Part shown: piece by piece, positions 22,001-37,000 of the stretch | Layout: the number at the start of each line of letters is the position of its first letter | Numbering within the stretch: position 1 is the stretch's first letter | Source: Ministeria vibrans ATCC 50519 | Lineage: Eukaryota > Protista > Filasterea | Direction of reading: 5' to 3' | Assembly (NCBI GenBank): GCA_943704425.1 | Contig: CALSCP010002427.1 | Span: forward strand, 8,718-72,717 | Length of the DNA stretch: 64,000 nt | Notes under the pieces: model-generated | Databases searched by the model: none | Told to the model about the DNA's origin: nothing | What the model saw: only the letters and a program-made list of their open reading frames with translations | Made by a program: the position numbers and the translations under genes

Positions 22001-25000
22001 TGGTGCCCTTGGGACACTCGTTTGCACAGCCGTCGCCCCAGAAGCCAAAGGCACACAGACAAAAGCCCGTGTCCTGCACCGCCGTAATAAGTGCAGGCGT
22101 CGCAAACACCTCTTCGTCGCCCGTGCACGTCGGAACGCCCACCGCGTCGCTTGACACACTCGAAAAACTGTTGCCGGTGGTGTAGCGCACCTGCCAGGCA
22201 ACGGCTGGCGCCGACGCATTCAAGTGCACCACAAACGCATTGGCAACGGTGCCTGCGCGGAACGTCGTCACCTGGCCTAGCGACGCGTCGGCGCCCGTAA
22301 ACCGATTCTGCGCACCCACCGCAATGGAGACCGCGTGCGCATTGTCGTTTGTGTAGCCAAACCAAACGGTGTTGACGGTGCCGTTGGAGCGCGCACAATT
22401 GACGCGCACCGTCACGGGCGATGTACCGCCCGTGATCACTCGGTCAAGCGTCGGGTTAAGGTAGTCCGTGTCGGGATTAATGGCGTCCGCAATGGGATCA
22501 AAGTAGCGTCCCTGGTTTGCAATGCACTGGATCGTACAGTGTCCCTCGCTGTAGTAGTTGGGCGCGCACACGTTGCACGAGTCCCCACCCCAGCCGGTGA
22601 GGCAGACTGTACACCCACCGCCGCCCGCGCCCGGTCCGTCCATCCAGTAGCCTTGCGATGTCGAATTGAAACAGCGACAAATGTCCTCGTTGTCGCCAAC
22701 AGCCTCGCCGTGTCGACAGTGCGTCGAGCAGTCGAGTGGGAAGCCGATGTACTCGTCGAGACATCGGTCACAGTTAGGCGGCGCAAAAAATTGTCCACAC
22801 TCATCGCATGCGGCGCCTCCCTTGCCATGCTCGCACACGCACTCAGGCGCCGCCGCACCCGGCAACAACGTACACACGCCCCGCCCGCTGCACGTTGGCT
22901 CGCCAGCACACACAAGCGTGCTGCAATCGTCTCCGCCAAAGCCAGGGTTGCAGATGCACTCGCTCACCGTTCCATTGCCTGTGTCCGTCACGAGACACGC
23001 ACCGTGATCCGAGCAGTCCGGCTCGCCGGGACAGTCAACATTCTCGCAACGGTCGCCCGAAAATCCTTCGTTGCAGGTGCACGCGAGCACGCCCAGCACC
23101 AGACCACACGTGCCCTGGCCCGAACAGGTCGTCAGACACGACGGTCCACTGTCACACGCGTTGCACACACACACACCGCTGTCCATCGGTTCCTGCACGC
23201 CGTTACACACCGTGTCACATGCCACGCCCATGTAGCCGACATCGCAGTCGCGACACACATGCGGCTCGACGCTGCCGTCACAAGTGCCCCGTCCGTTGCA
23301 GTCAGGCGTGCCCGGACACTCGGGTGTGTTGCAGTCGTCGCCCGACCAACCTGCAAGACACATACACGTTTGCGTTCGGCCGTCGCATGTGCCGTGCCCC
23401 GAGCAGTCCTCCGTTGCGCCAGGACAGCCCGGCCGCTCACACAAATCGCCGCGATAGTCGTTGGTACACACACATACTCCCAGCGTACACGTGCCCTCGC
23501 CGCTGCACTCGGTCGTGCAGCCGGCACCGCCGTAGCACGTGTCGCAAACACACTCGTCGTTTGATGCCGATACAACACCGTTCACGCACGCCTCATCACA
23601 CGCATCGCCCATCCACGGACCCACACAATTGATGCACACGGGCACTTCGCCGGAAGTGTCGCACGTTCCGCGACCATTGCAGTCGGGCGTGCCCGGACAA
23701 TCCTGCTGATTGCAGCCCTCGCCGCTCCAGCCATCATCGCACACACACAGCTGCAAAGCACCAATGCACACCCCATGACCCGAACACGACACGCCCGTGC
23801 CGGGACACGCCTGCTCCTCGCACTGCGTGCCGCGGTAGCCACTCGTCTCAGACGAACACTCGCACACGCCCAGGGTGCACGTGCCTCGTCCCGAACACTC
23901 CACGTCACACGACACGCCCGAGTAGCATGCGTCGCACGTACACACCGTGCCGCCACTCGGACTCGTCCCATGATCACACGGGACCTCACACGCCACGCCC
24001 ATAAAGCCAGAGGCACACTCAATGCACACCGGCTCGGCACCCGATCGGTCACACGTGCCGCGACCGTTGCACTCAGGCGCACCGGGGCAGTCGGCCGAAT
24101 TGCAGTCGTTGCCCGACCAGCCATCCGAGCAAATGCACACTTGTAAAGCTCCCACGCACACACCATGACCCGAACACGACAGTCCTGACACACCCGGACA
24201 TGCCTGTAGCTCGCACTGGTCGCCGCGGAAGCCGCTCGTTGCCGACCCACAATCGCACACACCCACATTACACGTACCGCGCGCCGAACACTCCACGTCG
24301 CACGAGATGCCCGAGTAGCACGCGTCGCACACACACGCGCCCGCCACAACCGTGCCAAAGGCACACGTTGTCTCGCATGCGTCGCCAAAGAAGCCCGCTG
24401 CGCAGGCGGTGCACACGGGCACACCGCCACCGGACGCGTCGCATGTGCCGCGACCGTTGCAGTCGGGCGTGCCGGGACAGTCCGCAGTGTTGCAATCGGC
24501 GTCTGTCCAACCATTGTCACATTGACACTCTTGCGTCTCAGCATTACACGTGCCGTGGCTCGAACACGACACACCGCCCACACCGGGACACCCCTGAAGC
24601 TCGCAGAGACTTCCGCGAAATCCACTTGTGTCCGACGAGCACTCGCACACACCCAAAGTGCACGTGCCTCGCCCCGAACATTCCACCGTACAACCAGCTC
24701 CCGAGTAACACGCGTCACAAGTACACACGTCGCCGCCACTCGGACTCGCGCCATTCTGACACACGTCCGCACAGGCAGGACCCATAAAGCCGACGGCACA
24801 ATCAATGCACGTCGGTACGTCGCCCGCCGTGCTACACGTACCCCGGCCGTTGCAGTTACCACCGCCAGGACACACAGCCGTCGCACAATCAACGCCACTC
24901 CAGCCGACAGAACAGTCGCACTCGCCGCGCGCCTTGTTGCACACACCGTGGCCCGAGCACCCTTGCGGACAGCTCGGCTCGTCACAAAGTGCACCAGTCC

Positions 25001-28000
25001 AGTCGCTGTTGCACGTACACACACCCACCGAACAGGTGCCTTCGCCGCTACACTCCGTGTCACACGTCGCACCCGTGAAGCACGCCTGGCACACACACAG
25101 CCCGTCGACAACGGCACCATTCAAACACTCGCGTCCGCAATCGTCGTCAAAGAATCCTGCGTTGCACGTGCACACATGATCACCTCCGCACACGCCCTCC
25201 CCGCTGCAATCGTTGGGACAAGTCGCCACAGCGCAATTCGCACCGAAGAATCCCTCGTCACACACACATTCGCCAGTCTCGCCGTTGCACACACCCTGGC
25301 CGCTACAGCCGCTCGGGCAGACAGCTTCGCTGCACAGCGTCCCCGACCAGCCATCGTTACAGCCACACACGCCCACTGAACACGTACCGTGACCGCTGCA
25401 CTCCGAGTCACAACCGGCACCCGCAAAACATGGGTCGCACACACATATACCCTCGCTATTGGCCGACCCCGACACACACGGCTCGTCGCAGCCCGTGCCC
25501 ATCCACGTGGGATCGCACGACACGCACAAGCTTGTGAGCGCATCACATGTGCCCTGTCCCGCACAGTCAACCGTGCCTGGGCAATCGGGCGTCGCACAAT
25601 CCGAGCCGGTCCAGCCAAAGGTACACAGGCACGCGTGCGAATTGCAATCACACGCACCGTGGCCCGAACAGTCAACGCCGCCCGTACCAGGACACGCCGC
25701 AATCTCGCACAAACTGCCGCGCCACCCTTCCTCACAATCGCACGCCGTGCCCAAGCCATTGCACACGCCGTGACCCGAACACTGATCACCGCAACGATCG
25801 CCGCCGAAACAGGCCGCACAGCTGCACGTGTCCACATCGAGCGCCGTGCCGCCATTGAGGCAACTCTGTTCACAGCCGTCTCCCAGCAACTCCGACGACG
25901 CACACGTGCACACTGGCTCAAGAGCCGTTGCCGAGTAGGCACACACACCACCCGAACACGCCGTTGGACACGAAGGGGTTGCACAGTCAACGCCCGACCA
26001 GCGCGCATCGCAATCGCACTGCCCGCTCTCCGACACACACGCGCCGTGGGCCGAACAGTCGTTGGGACACGAACGAGTCGTGCACAACGTACCACTCCAG
26101 CCATTGTTGCACGTGCACGTTGTACCCCCACTGCACACACCCTCGCCGCCGCACTCCACGTCGCAGCCAACCCCGCCGTAACATGGATCACACACGCACA
26201 CACCCTGCGTCACCGTACCACGGTCGCAGACGGTGCCGCAGTCGGCGCCAACTCGATCCGCCGGACATCCGGTGCACACGGGCGAGGTCTCTGTCGCGCC
26301 ATCGCATACGCCCACACCACTGCAATCACCCGGGCACACTGGCGTATTGCACGCCACACCCGTCCAGCCGGCGTCACACACACATAATCCCGACGAGGGC
26401 ACACACGAGCCATGGGCGGTGCAGTTGCAGGCGGGCTCGAGACACAGCGTTCCCGTCCAGCCAGGCGCACACACACACGCACTCGCATCACAACTGCCGT
26501 GTCCACCACACTCCGTCTCGCATTGACTGCCGCTGCGGCATGGGTCGCACGCACACGTTTCGTTGCCCTGACACGTGCCCGCCCCCGAACAGAGCGGCGC
26601 GTCCGCACAGCCACAGTCCGTACACAGACACGCGCCAGCATAGTCGCACTCGCTGCAACCCACACACGTATGTTCGCAATCCACACCACCAAACCCAGCG
26701 TTGCATACACACTGGCCAGTACTGTCACACACACCGTTGCCGTTTGTGCACGCCGTCGCGGGACAGTGTATCTCGCACGTCACTCCCAAATAGTCGGCGT
26801 CGCACACGCACGTGCCGTTCGCCCGTGGCGTGCCGTTACCATTGCACACGGGTCCGGTCAGACACACCGACCCGTCACCTCCAACACCCGCACCCACGCC
26901 ACCTGCCGCACCGCCGGTCGCTAGGATACTCACACCCAAATAGGCAAATGCATCACCAGGCGCAAATACCGCCACGCGCCCGCCTGCACCGCCCGCTCCC
27001 TGTTGCGCTCCCGAAACACCACCAGCGCCACCGCGGGCACTCACCGTGCCGTACCCAACAATCTCAAGGGCGTCGAGCCACGCCGAACCACCACTCCCAC
27101 CGCCGCCGGCCGCGGTGGCCGCGACACCATCTACATTCACTTGTCCCTGCACGTCAATGCGTGTCTCCGCGACAACATGAACGGCGGCGCCACCGTCGCC
27201 ACCGCCCGTTGGACCGCCACGACTGCCCGCAAGCAAAGGCTGGCACGCCACTCCGTACGTGCCGCCCACGGTACCTGCCGACTGCGAACACCCCACGCCG
27301 CCAACACCGCCGTGTCCCGCACCCGAACCTCCGCTGCATCCGCCCCCGCCCCCACTGTTGGTGGCGGGCGCCGTGCCGTCCACATCGCTTGTGCCACCTA
27401 GCGTTCCCTGGCGTTCAATCGACAGCGTTTCCGTGTACACCGTCAATGGATCGCTGGCAGTGCACACACCCGCATGCGCAACGCGTACCGTCCCTGCACG
27501 AATCGTACCCTCGACCGTCAGCGTGCCCGATACCACCAGCGACGTGGCAAATGCATGGCTGTTTGCGGCCAGCGTCAGCGTACCAGCCACTTCGAGACGG
27601 TCCACGCCGCGCAAATTACCCTGCACATCCCACGTGCGTGACACAGGCACAGTCGCGGTCAGACTTGCACGGGCACTTGCCGCCGAGTCAAACACCAGCT
27701 CGCCCGTCGCGGCAACCGTCACGTCCACGCCGCGCACCAGGCCAAAGGTAAATATCGTGCCAGCGTCGACAATCACGCGGGAGCCACTGTCGTCACCCCA
27801 CACCTCGTCGACGTCCATCGACGTGCCCTGCACCGTGGCCTGGCCCAAAAGCACAAGGCTCACAAGGCCCACACCTGATTCAAGCGCCACAGTACGTGTC
27901 AGGCCTGCATTGCCATTGTCAATTGTCACCTGCGACGCGTGCGCCTCATACACAGTGCCGCCGCCGCCGGACTGCGCCGACGCGCCATGCTGACCACCCA

Positions 28001-31000
28001 AAGCGGTGAACTGTCCGTACCAGCCGGAGCGGCCACGCGTCACCGTCAGCGACACACGACCACCCGAGCCACCGCCACCTGTCGTCTGGCCCAGACCACC
28101 GTCGCAGCGAAGTACACCTCGGCCAATCAGTGACGAGGCACTCACCAGCACAGAACCACCGGCACCACCACCGGCACGATTGGAAGAGGCAGCCTCGCCT
28201 TGCGCGCCAAGTGTACCATCCACGCGAACCGTGGTGGCATCAACTCGAATCGCTCCGCCTCCAGCACCTCCACCCGAATTGCCTCCACCGCTGCCCACCG
28301 TCACGGGCGTCACCATGGAGCCATACGCAATACCGGCAGCAGGCGAGCCCGTCAACGAACCACCTTGAGACCCGTGACCACCACCACTGGCATTCGTGCC
28401 GTCGCCACCCGCACCACTGCCAGACTGAGCCGCGTCCCCACGACCGTCCGCCTCAATGGTCGCGGTTGCCTCGACAACAATACTCTCTGCGCGCACATGC
28501 ATCTGCGAGACACTCAGTGTCGTGCCGTGACGCACGTCAAGCAGCGACACCGACAGTGACATCGCATCGCCAACGAGCGACACCGTTGCCGTCGACGCAA
28601 GCGTCAACGACGACAGCACAATCGCACCGCCGTTGGTGGTCGCCTCCATCTCGACTGTTGCGCCCCGGCTCACCATCACATGATCCCACTCTAATATTTG
28701 CCCCAACAACGACAACGTCACGCCGTCCACCACACTCGTCAGGTGCGGCAAGTGCAGCAGCCCATTGTCGAGCACATTCACGTTAACTCGCAGCGCTTGG
28801 GCAAGTCCATTCACCACCAGACGCTCCGAGGCGGCCACTTGAATCGAAGCAGTCGTGTCGCCCGACAGTGTCGTCACCGTCAGAACCGTTGAAGCATCCG
28901 CAAGTGTCACCGCAGCCGCACCGCCCAGATACAGAGCGTCGTAGGTGCCGCTTGACATTTCTGTCGTTGCCGAGGCGCTCGTACGTCCTCCATTGTCGAC
29001 GATGACAACCGTCACGGACTCGTGTTGCAGCGCCACCGTGCCCGCTGCTCCATTGTTCGACGTGCCTGCACCGCCATACGCCGTCTGCAAACCAGCGTAG
29101 GCAAGAAGCGTCGTGGCGCGCAGCGACACTCGGCCGCCTCGACCACCATTGTCGCCCGCACCACCGTCCGCACGAATCTCACCAGACCAGCCGTCCACTT
29201 GAGCGGCCGTTAGCCACACCGAACCGGCATGGCCTCCGTCGGAGCCACCGGCGGTCGCCGAGATGCCACTTGCACTCACAACACCATTGATGCGAACGAG
29301 CGTGCCCGCATGAACCGCAATCGCACCGCCACCCGACCCGCCCGACCCACCCGAGCCGCTCGCGCCCAGCTGTGTCGGCTCCAGCACAGAGTCTGTGCCT
29401 GCACCACCCTCACTGCCCAGTTCCACACGTCCGCCGTGCTCCACCGCAAATGTACCGCATGTCACGGCGAGCGACTCGACTCCGACGGCGGTTAGCGTCG
29501 CGCCAGACTCAATCAAAATCGACGCGACCGTCAGCTGTGCCGTCGCCGCACCGTGTCCCATCCGAGCGCCGTCCACGAGACGAAGCTGTGCGTACGTCGC
29601 ATTGCCATCCAACAAGACGTTGGCCGCCGCGCCCACCGTGAGGTATCGCAACGTGCTCGAAATAGCACCAGGCGTGAGCACATTGTCGCCAAGAAGGCGT
29701 GCCGTCGAAGGTAGCATGAGTGTCGCCGAAGCGTTGGTCATGCGGAAACGTACGCCACCCACAAACGGCACGTCGTCCGTCTGTTGCACCATCAGCGTGT
29801 GCGTCCGATCAAGACGAAACATTCCCGTGCCGTCGCCGCCAAGGTGCTGCTCAATGCTGAGCGACGCCGTTTCGTCCGCAAGCAACACATCTGCTCCTCC
29901 GCGCAAATACAGCGCTTGGTACACACCCGCCTCGAGTGGCGTCGTGGCATTCGTGTTCAAACTCGCACGATCAACCACCACCACGGGCGATTGTGCGCCC
30001 GTCTTGGTGTACACCGTGCCCGCTCCACCGTCGCTCACACCGCCCGTGCCACCCACGGCCGTCAAAGTTCCCTCAAAGGTGCCCGATCCCGCAACAATAG
30101 CCACGCGACCTCCTGCACCGCCAAAGGTACTCTCGGCCGCACCATCGACACGCACCGCACCGTCACCAGCAATTCTGCCTGCTTCGACAAAGACCGAACC
30201 GCCCGCGCCACCGCCGTTAGCCTCGCCGGATGCCAACACGGAGCCATCAAGCTGGAACAGTTCACACACATCGACATGTACGACGCCACCGCCATTGCCA
30301 CTTTCACCTCCTTCACCACGCGTCTCCGGTGCCGACATCGATCCGAACGCGTCCGCACCGTCCGCGGCGCCATTCGCGCCGTGAGCCGCTCCACCGTTGA
30401 CGCGTGACACAGCTGTGTCACCGCTTCCACGCGCGTCCACAACAGCCTCAGGCTCGAGCCACAGCCGCTGTGCCTCAAGTGTCAACAGACTGCCCGACGT
30501 GACCAGGGACGATCCCTGTTCGAGGTGCATCTCATTTGTGCTCACTCGCAGGTGTTCGCCCAGTGCATGCGTCAACGTCAAGGTCGCGTCCCCACCCAAA
30601 GTCAGCGAAGCAAAGGTCACATTGCCCGCTTCGGTAGCGTGCTGAACGATGCTGCCACCGTTCTCCTCGACGCGCGTTGTCGCTGTCAGCGCAACATCAA
30701 GCGCCGTCAACACAGTCAGCTCACGCACACCAGTCAGGCAACCCTGCCAGTCATTGGCGGCGGAGGTGAAGCGCACGTGCGGCGGCAATACCAGCTCGCC
30801 GCCGTCCTCAACGTCCAGGCGCCACGGGATGTTTACCGTCAGCGACGTTTGCGTCTCGTGTCCAAGGCGCACACGCTCGCTTGCCGACACCACAAGTGTC
30901 GCCGTGCCAGCGCCCGTAGCCGTTTTCAGCACATCCAGAGTTGCATTGCCTGCCACACTCAGGACGGCCGTGCCCTGCAGCACAATATGGTCCACTTCCA

Positions 31001-34000
31001 TTGAGTCCAGCGACGTCTGCACTCCGGGCCCAAGCGTCACGCGTTCTGCATTGTCGACATAGAGCCAACGTACTGTGGGCACCAATTCGCCGGCGACAAG
31101 AGCGCGCGCGTCCACACCACGTGGCGTATTCTCAAGGTAGACCGTGCCGGCCGCTCCTGCTGCTCCTGCCGTATCGCCACCGTACGCCTCCCAGCTGCCA
31201 TGGTAGCCGCTGCTCGTGCCGTTCAGCAAGAGCGACACGCGACCACCCGTGCCGCCAAGTGTGCCACCCACGCCGCCCGTTGCCGATATTACACCGCTCG
31301 GCATGCCGCGGAGGGACGTCGCCGTCAACAGTACCGCACCCCCGTCGCCGCCACTGGTCGCCGCAACACCACCCGCCGACGTCAGCATCCCGTCCACTTG
31401 AGCCTCTGTGGCCACCAACAGTCGGAGAACTCCGCCGCCAGCACCACCCGATCCGGCGGCCGTTGGCCAACGCACCGATGTGAATGCCGAATTTACGGGA
31501 ACCGTCGAGCCGCGCGACACGGTCGAAATAGACCCGTCCACAGCAACGACAAGAGCGTTCGCCTGCACCACAAGCTCGTCGGCATACACATTTGCGCTGC
31601 GTCGCACCTCAAATGTGCCCACCTTAAGAAGCGCACCGCCATCGTCAACTGTCAGCGTTGAGCTTGTCTCCAGTCGTAACAACGCCATCGACACAAGGCC
31701 CGTCGAGTTGCCAAGTTCCACTTGGACACTGCCGTCCAGCGTCAAATGCGTCACGCCCGTGAGCGTGCCACGGAACGCATACGGGGCAGTCGGAACACGA
31801 AAGGTCGTGTGCGCCGGAAGCACGAGCGCCGCATCAAGATCCACCTCAAAGACCACTTGAGCATCGGTAGCCGTCTCGGCATGCATCGTTTGCAGACGCT
31901 GTACATGTAGCCAGCCAGTGCCGTCGCCCGTGAGCAGACGCGCCTCAAGCACGTCGCCCTCGAGAGACGAATGTACCTCGACAGCCGCACCGCCCACAAT
32001 CGATAGCTCGTCAAAGACATAGCGTGCGGGTGTCACGGCCGCTCCGTTCACGCGCGTCGCCGTATCGTTGAACGCATGGACGACACGCAATGCCGAACCA
32101 CCACCGTCGACACGCAAGAAATTGCGAGTGATAAGCGAGCCGGCCTCGACGTACTCACGATAAAGCGTTCCCGCACCGCCCTGTGACTGTCCACCGCTGC
32201 CACCCGCACTCGAGTACGTACCCGAGAAGGTCAGCAGTCCTGTCGTCAACACCGCAATGCGTCCACCCGAGCCACCGCCCGCCGAGCCACCAGGGGCCGC
32301 GCCGCCATCCGCAGTCACAGTGCCCACACCCGCAAAATTCACCGCCTCAATAAAGACACTGCCGCCCGAACCGCCCCCACCCGATCCGGTGGCAGGCTCA
32401 CCCTGTACTGTCAGCGTGCCGTCGACAGTCATTCGCTCGGCGACTGTCACCCGCACAGCGCCGCCGCCTGTGCCACCCGTGCCACCACCGCCGGCACTGC
32501 CAGGCAACACAGGCGCATACAACGATCCGTATGCGTCACCGCCCACACCCGACAAACTGGCACCACCTGCCGACGCGTGTCCTGCGCCATCGCCCGTACT
32601 TGCCCCATCACCCAGGTGGGTCGTCGTCAGTCCATTCCCTGACATGTCCAGTGACGCACTTACATCAATAGTCACTGTAGTGGCGCTCACCGTGAGCGTG
32701 TTCGCTGCCACAAGCGTCGACCCTTGCTCCAGCGACAGTTGTGCCACATTGAGGGTGTGCGGACCCACCGTAAAGGTGAGTGTGCCCGTCTCGCCCACGG
32801 TCAATTGCGCCAGGCGCACCTCACCCGTGGCAGTCGCCTCCTCCCCAACTCTTGCCATTGCACCAACCGTCACCGTGCGTCCCGTGTCCACTACGAGCGA
32901 GACCACCCCCTCGATGTAGCCGTTAAGGGTCACGAGGCTCGACGTGCTCACAAGCACGCTGCGCGGAAGCGTCAGCGTACCATTCACATCGACCGTCACG
33001 CGCGTGTCCAACACCATCTCGGACTCAGCACCCTCCACCGCCTCAAGAGTCACCGCCTGATCCGTGCGTACATGGATGAGACCAGTGCCGTCGCCACACA
33101 CATCTCGCACGTCCACCACTACGTTGGCGCCCGTAAACTCGATGGCTGCCTGACGCACAAGACACAGCTCGTCGAACGCGTTGGTCCACTCGTCCACCAA
33201 CACCGTTTGCGTCACTGCACCCAGCGACTGATCAATGGCCAGACGACGGAACACCACCTCGTCACGCGTGTCCGCCACATACACGGTGCCCGCACCACCG
33301 CGTGTCGACGTGCCCGAACCACCAGAGTCACCACCAAGGGCGGCGTACGTGCCGGTAAAGGTCCGAGCATCTGACGCCACGTGCACCGCTACACGGCCGC
33401 CCGCACCACCTCCAGTCGCGACGCCCGCATCGCCCGCACCACCCGATGCGCTCACCAAACCAATGCCACTCAAAGCCTCAGTCGTGAGCCACAATGAACC
33501 ACCGCTGCCGCCGCCACCCGACGAACTCGCCGCGGCCGCAGCTCCATCACTCGACAGTGTGCCATCAACGACAATCTCTGAACCAGCTTGCACGCGCAAA
33601 ATACCACCTCCAATGCCGCCCGCTTGCGCGCCGCTGCCGCCCGCACTTCCCGATAGTGACGGCGCCGTCATCGAGCCGTACGCGACGCCACCTGCCGTGC
33701 CCGCGTTTGAGCCAACGCCACCCGTTGAAGCGTGTCCGCCGCCCGCGCCACCTTGCGTTCGCGACGTTCCTTCGCCCAAACCCGAACCAAGCGCCACGCC
33801 AAGTCCATCAGTGTTGATCCTCGCACCCGAGTCGACCACAAGCGTGCCCACCGTCACATTGAAGTGACGCGCCACCACACTCGCATCGTGGTTTACATGC
33901 CACTCACTCACGGTCAATGACGCCTCCATGTCGCTCGCAAACGTCACCTGACCCGCTCGCTTCACGGTCCACTCCGAAAATTGCAGCGCGCTCGCGGGGG

Positions 34001-37000
34001 TCGTCAAAGCACCCGGCGGCGACGTCTGACACGTCGCCTCCACCTCCATCGTGGCAGTCGCGCCCACACGTAACTGACGCACGCCGTCAAGTCGACCGGC
34101 GAGCTGCAACGCAGGCGTGAGCGTGCCTGAGAGCGTCAGACTCGACGCAGCAGTGAGTACGCCCCCGTCGCGAACGTGAACGTTGACGGGCGGCGCCGCC
34201 CACGCGTCGACGGCCGCCACGAACGTCTGGTTGGCGTTCACCGTCACGAGTCCCGAACGATCACCCGTAATGGTGGTCGCCGTCAACGTCGCCGCGGATC
34301 CGTCCTCGTCCACCTCGATGTGCGCGCGTCGCTCGAGATGTAACACGTCAAAGGCATGTGCTGTCACCGTCGAGTTGGAGCCAAGAGCAACGGTAAGCGC
34401 CACAGATCGATCGGCATTGTCAACACGCAGCTCACGATGTGCCACAATAGCTCGCTTGTCTTCAAGGTACACCGTGCCAGGACCCCCATCACCACCCGTG
34501 CCGCTGCCCGCTCCTCCTATTGCTGACAAGGCAAAGTCGGTGCTGGCAGGTGTCGCACCAGCCACCACAATGGCAATGCGTCCCGCCGAACCACCACCAC
34601 CGCCGCCCGTACCCCCCGCACCGCCGTCTACGCTGACTGCGCCAAAGCCAGTCACCAAGGGTGCCGTAACATACACACTACCGCCACTGCCACCGCCCGC
34701 ATTGCTCGCAATACTTGCGGGAGCTCCGCCCGCACACGTTATCGTCCCATCAAGGCTCAGCTCGACCGCCACATCCACAAGAACACTGCCACCTCCCGCA
34801 CCACCAGTCTGTGCACCGCTTCCCGGTGCACCCGCACCGCCGTCCAGCACAGGAGCGTACAATGTACCGTGCGCCACACCGCCCGCAACAACCCCACTCG
34901 AGGCGGTGCCGCCGCTCGACGCGTGTCCTGCGCCCGAACTTGTTCCGCCCGCAGCGCTCGCCGTGATCTGCTCCGCCGTGGTCACAGTGCCAGACACATC
35001 CAATGTGTCACCCAGCACACTCAGTGACACACACGTGACCGTCGCTCCGTGTTCAACATACGCAGAGCCCACGTCGAGCGTCACCCGACCCGCCTGCATT
35101 GTGGCGCCGCTCGACAAATCAAGCGAGGCGAGGCGCAGCGTGCTCGCAGCACCCACAAACACGTTTGTATCGTTCTGTGCCAGGGCATTATGGCCCGCAT
35201 CGCCCAGAACAAACGCACGCGACTCCTCCACGAGCATGTCGACGACACCGCTCAGACGACCGTGCAACGTCAGTCCGTCAAATTCGGCGGCCACACGCAA
35301 CGTCGTCGCCATCACTGCCTCACCGTCCACGTCCACAATCAGGTTTGCTTGCAGTCGCGTGACGGTGCGCGCCGACGTTCGCGTCTCCACACGCACCACT
35401 TGTTGCGCATGAACCTGCAATTGTCCCGACCCGTCACTCACCAACGACGCAATGGTCACGTCGGTCGCCACGGCATCGTTCACAAACTCGAGACTACCGC
35501 CACGCAGCAGCTCGACACGGTCAAAGGTAAATTCACGCACACCTGTCTCGTCCACTGTGACCACCTGCGACACGGCACGACCGCCATTGTCAATGCGTAG
35601 TTCGCGCTCCTCGCCTGTGCTTAGATACACCGTGCCGGCGCCTCCTGCACCGCCATTGCCAGAACCCTCTCCGCCAAGTGCGGTGTAGGTACCGGTGAAG
35701 GAATTGCTCTGAGTCGCCACCACCGCAATGCGACCGCCCGCTCCGCCACCAGAGTCAAGACCATCACCAGCGGCTCCCGTCGCGTCCAATGTGCCAATAC
35801 CCGTCAGCACGGGCGCAGTTACAAACAGACTGCCTGCCGAACCACCGCCGGCCCCCGTACCATTCATGCCTACACCAATGGCACCCGACACCGTCACGGT
35901 ACCATCCACTCGAACAGTGCCGCTCGCATCGATGCGAACAATACCACCACCACGACCGCCTTGTGCCAGGACACCTTCGCCATCGCCGCCGTGGCTACCC
36001 GCCGACGAGGGTGCCAACATCGAACCGTGCGCCACACCACCAGCGAGCGCTCCACCCGCCGCTGCAGTACCTCCAATAGACGCGTGGCCTCCGCCGCTGC
36101 CGCCCACGCCCGCGCTGTCGACACCCCGACCAACGGCACTCTGGCCGCCACGACCAGCCGCCGTCAGTATACCCCCGCTTTCAATAAGCACGTCCGTGGC
36201 CGACACATTAAAGAGATCGGCCGCCACGGTGGCGCCATGGCGCACCGTCAGCGTGCCCACCGATAGCTGCAAGTTGCTCTCCACGGTCACTCGGCCCGTG
36301 CCACTCAGCGTCATCGTTGCAAACAAATGAGCACCCGCGCCCGGCATGTATTCCTCAATGCCACTTTCGGCAAGCGAGCCAAGCACAAGCGAACCGCCGC
36401 GAATCACCGACAGACTGCGTGTGCCCAACAGCGTGCCCGACAACAACAAGGTGGTGCCATTCACAACTAGCGTCGGCGGCACCACCAGAGTCGCGCCCAA
36501 ATCCACCTCGAGATTGACACTGGTATGCAACGCACCGCCACCCTCGTCCGTTGCCTGCAAATGCAGCGCCTGGCCAGGTGTCGCATGCACATGTCCCGTG
36601 GTATCGCCAACCACCGAAAGTGTGTAGAGTGCATCGCCCGAATACACCAAGCGCGCTCCACCGGCCACCACCAAGGCATCCAGGGTGAAATTGGTCACAC
36701 CCGTCGACTGTACCAACGTCACTTCGGTCGTTGGTGCACCGCCATTGTGCACCGACAGGTACTGATGGTCGCTGGCCGTGAGCAAATCCGATCGAATATA
36801 GACGGTTCCCGCCGCTCCGGCCGTCCCCGTGCCCGACGTCACTCCACCACTCGCACCAAAGGTTCCCGTAAAGTCGCCCCAGCCACCTTGCAGTCGCACT
36901 CCAATGCGTCCACCACTGCCACCATTGCCGTCGCCCGACGCTTCGCCACCACGTACGTCCAGCACACCAATGCCAGACAGCGTCTGAGCGTCCACATAGA

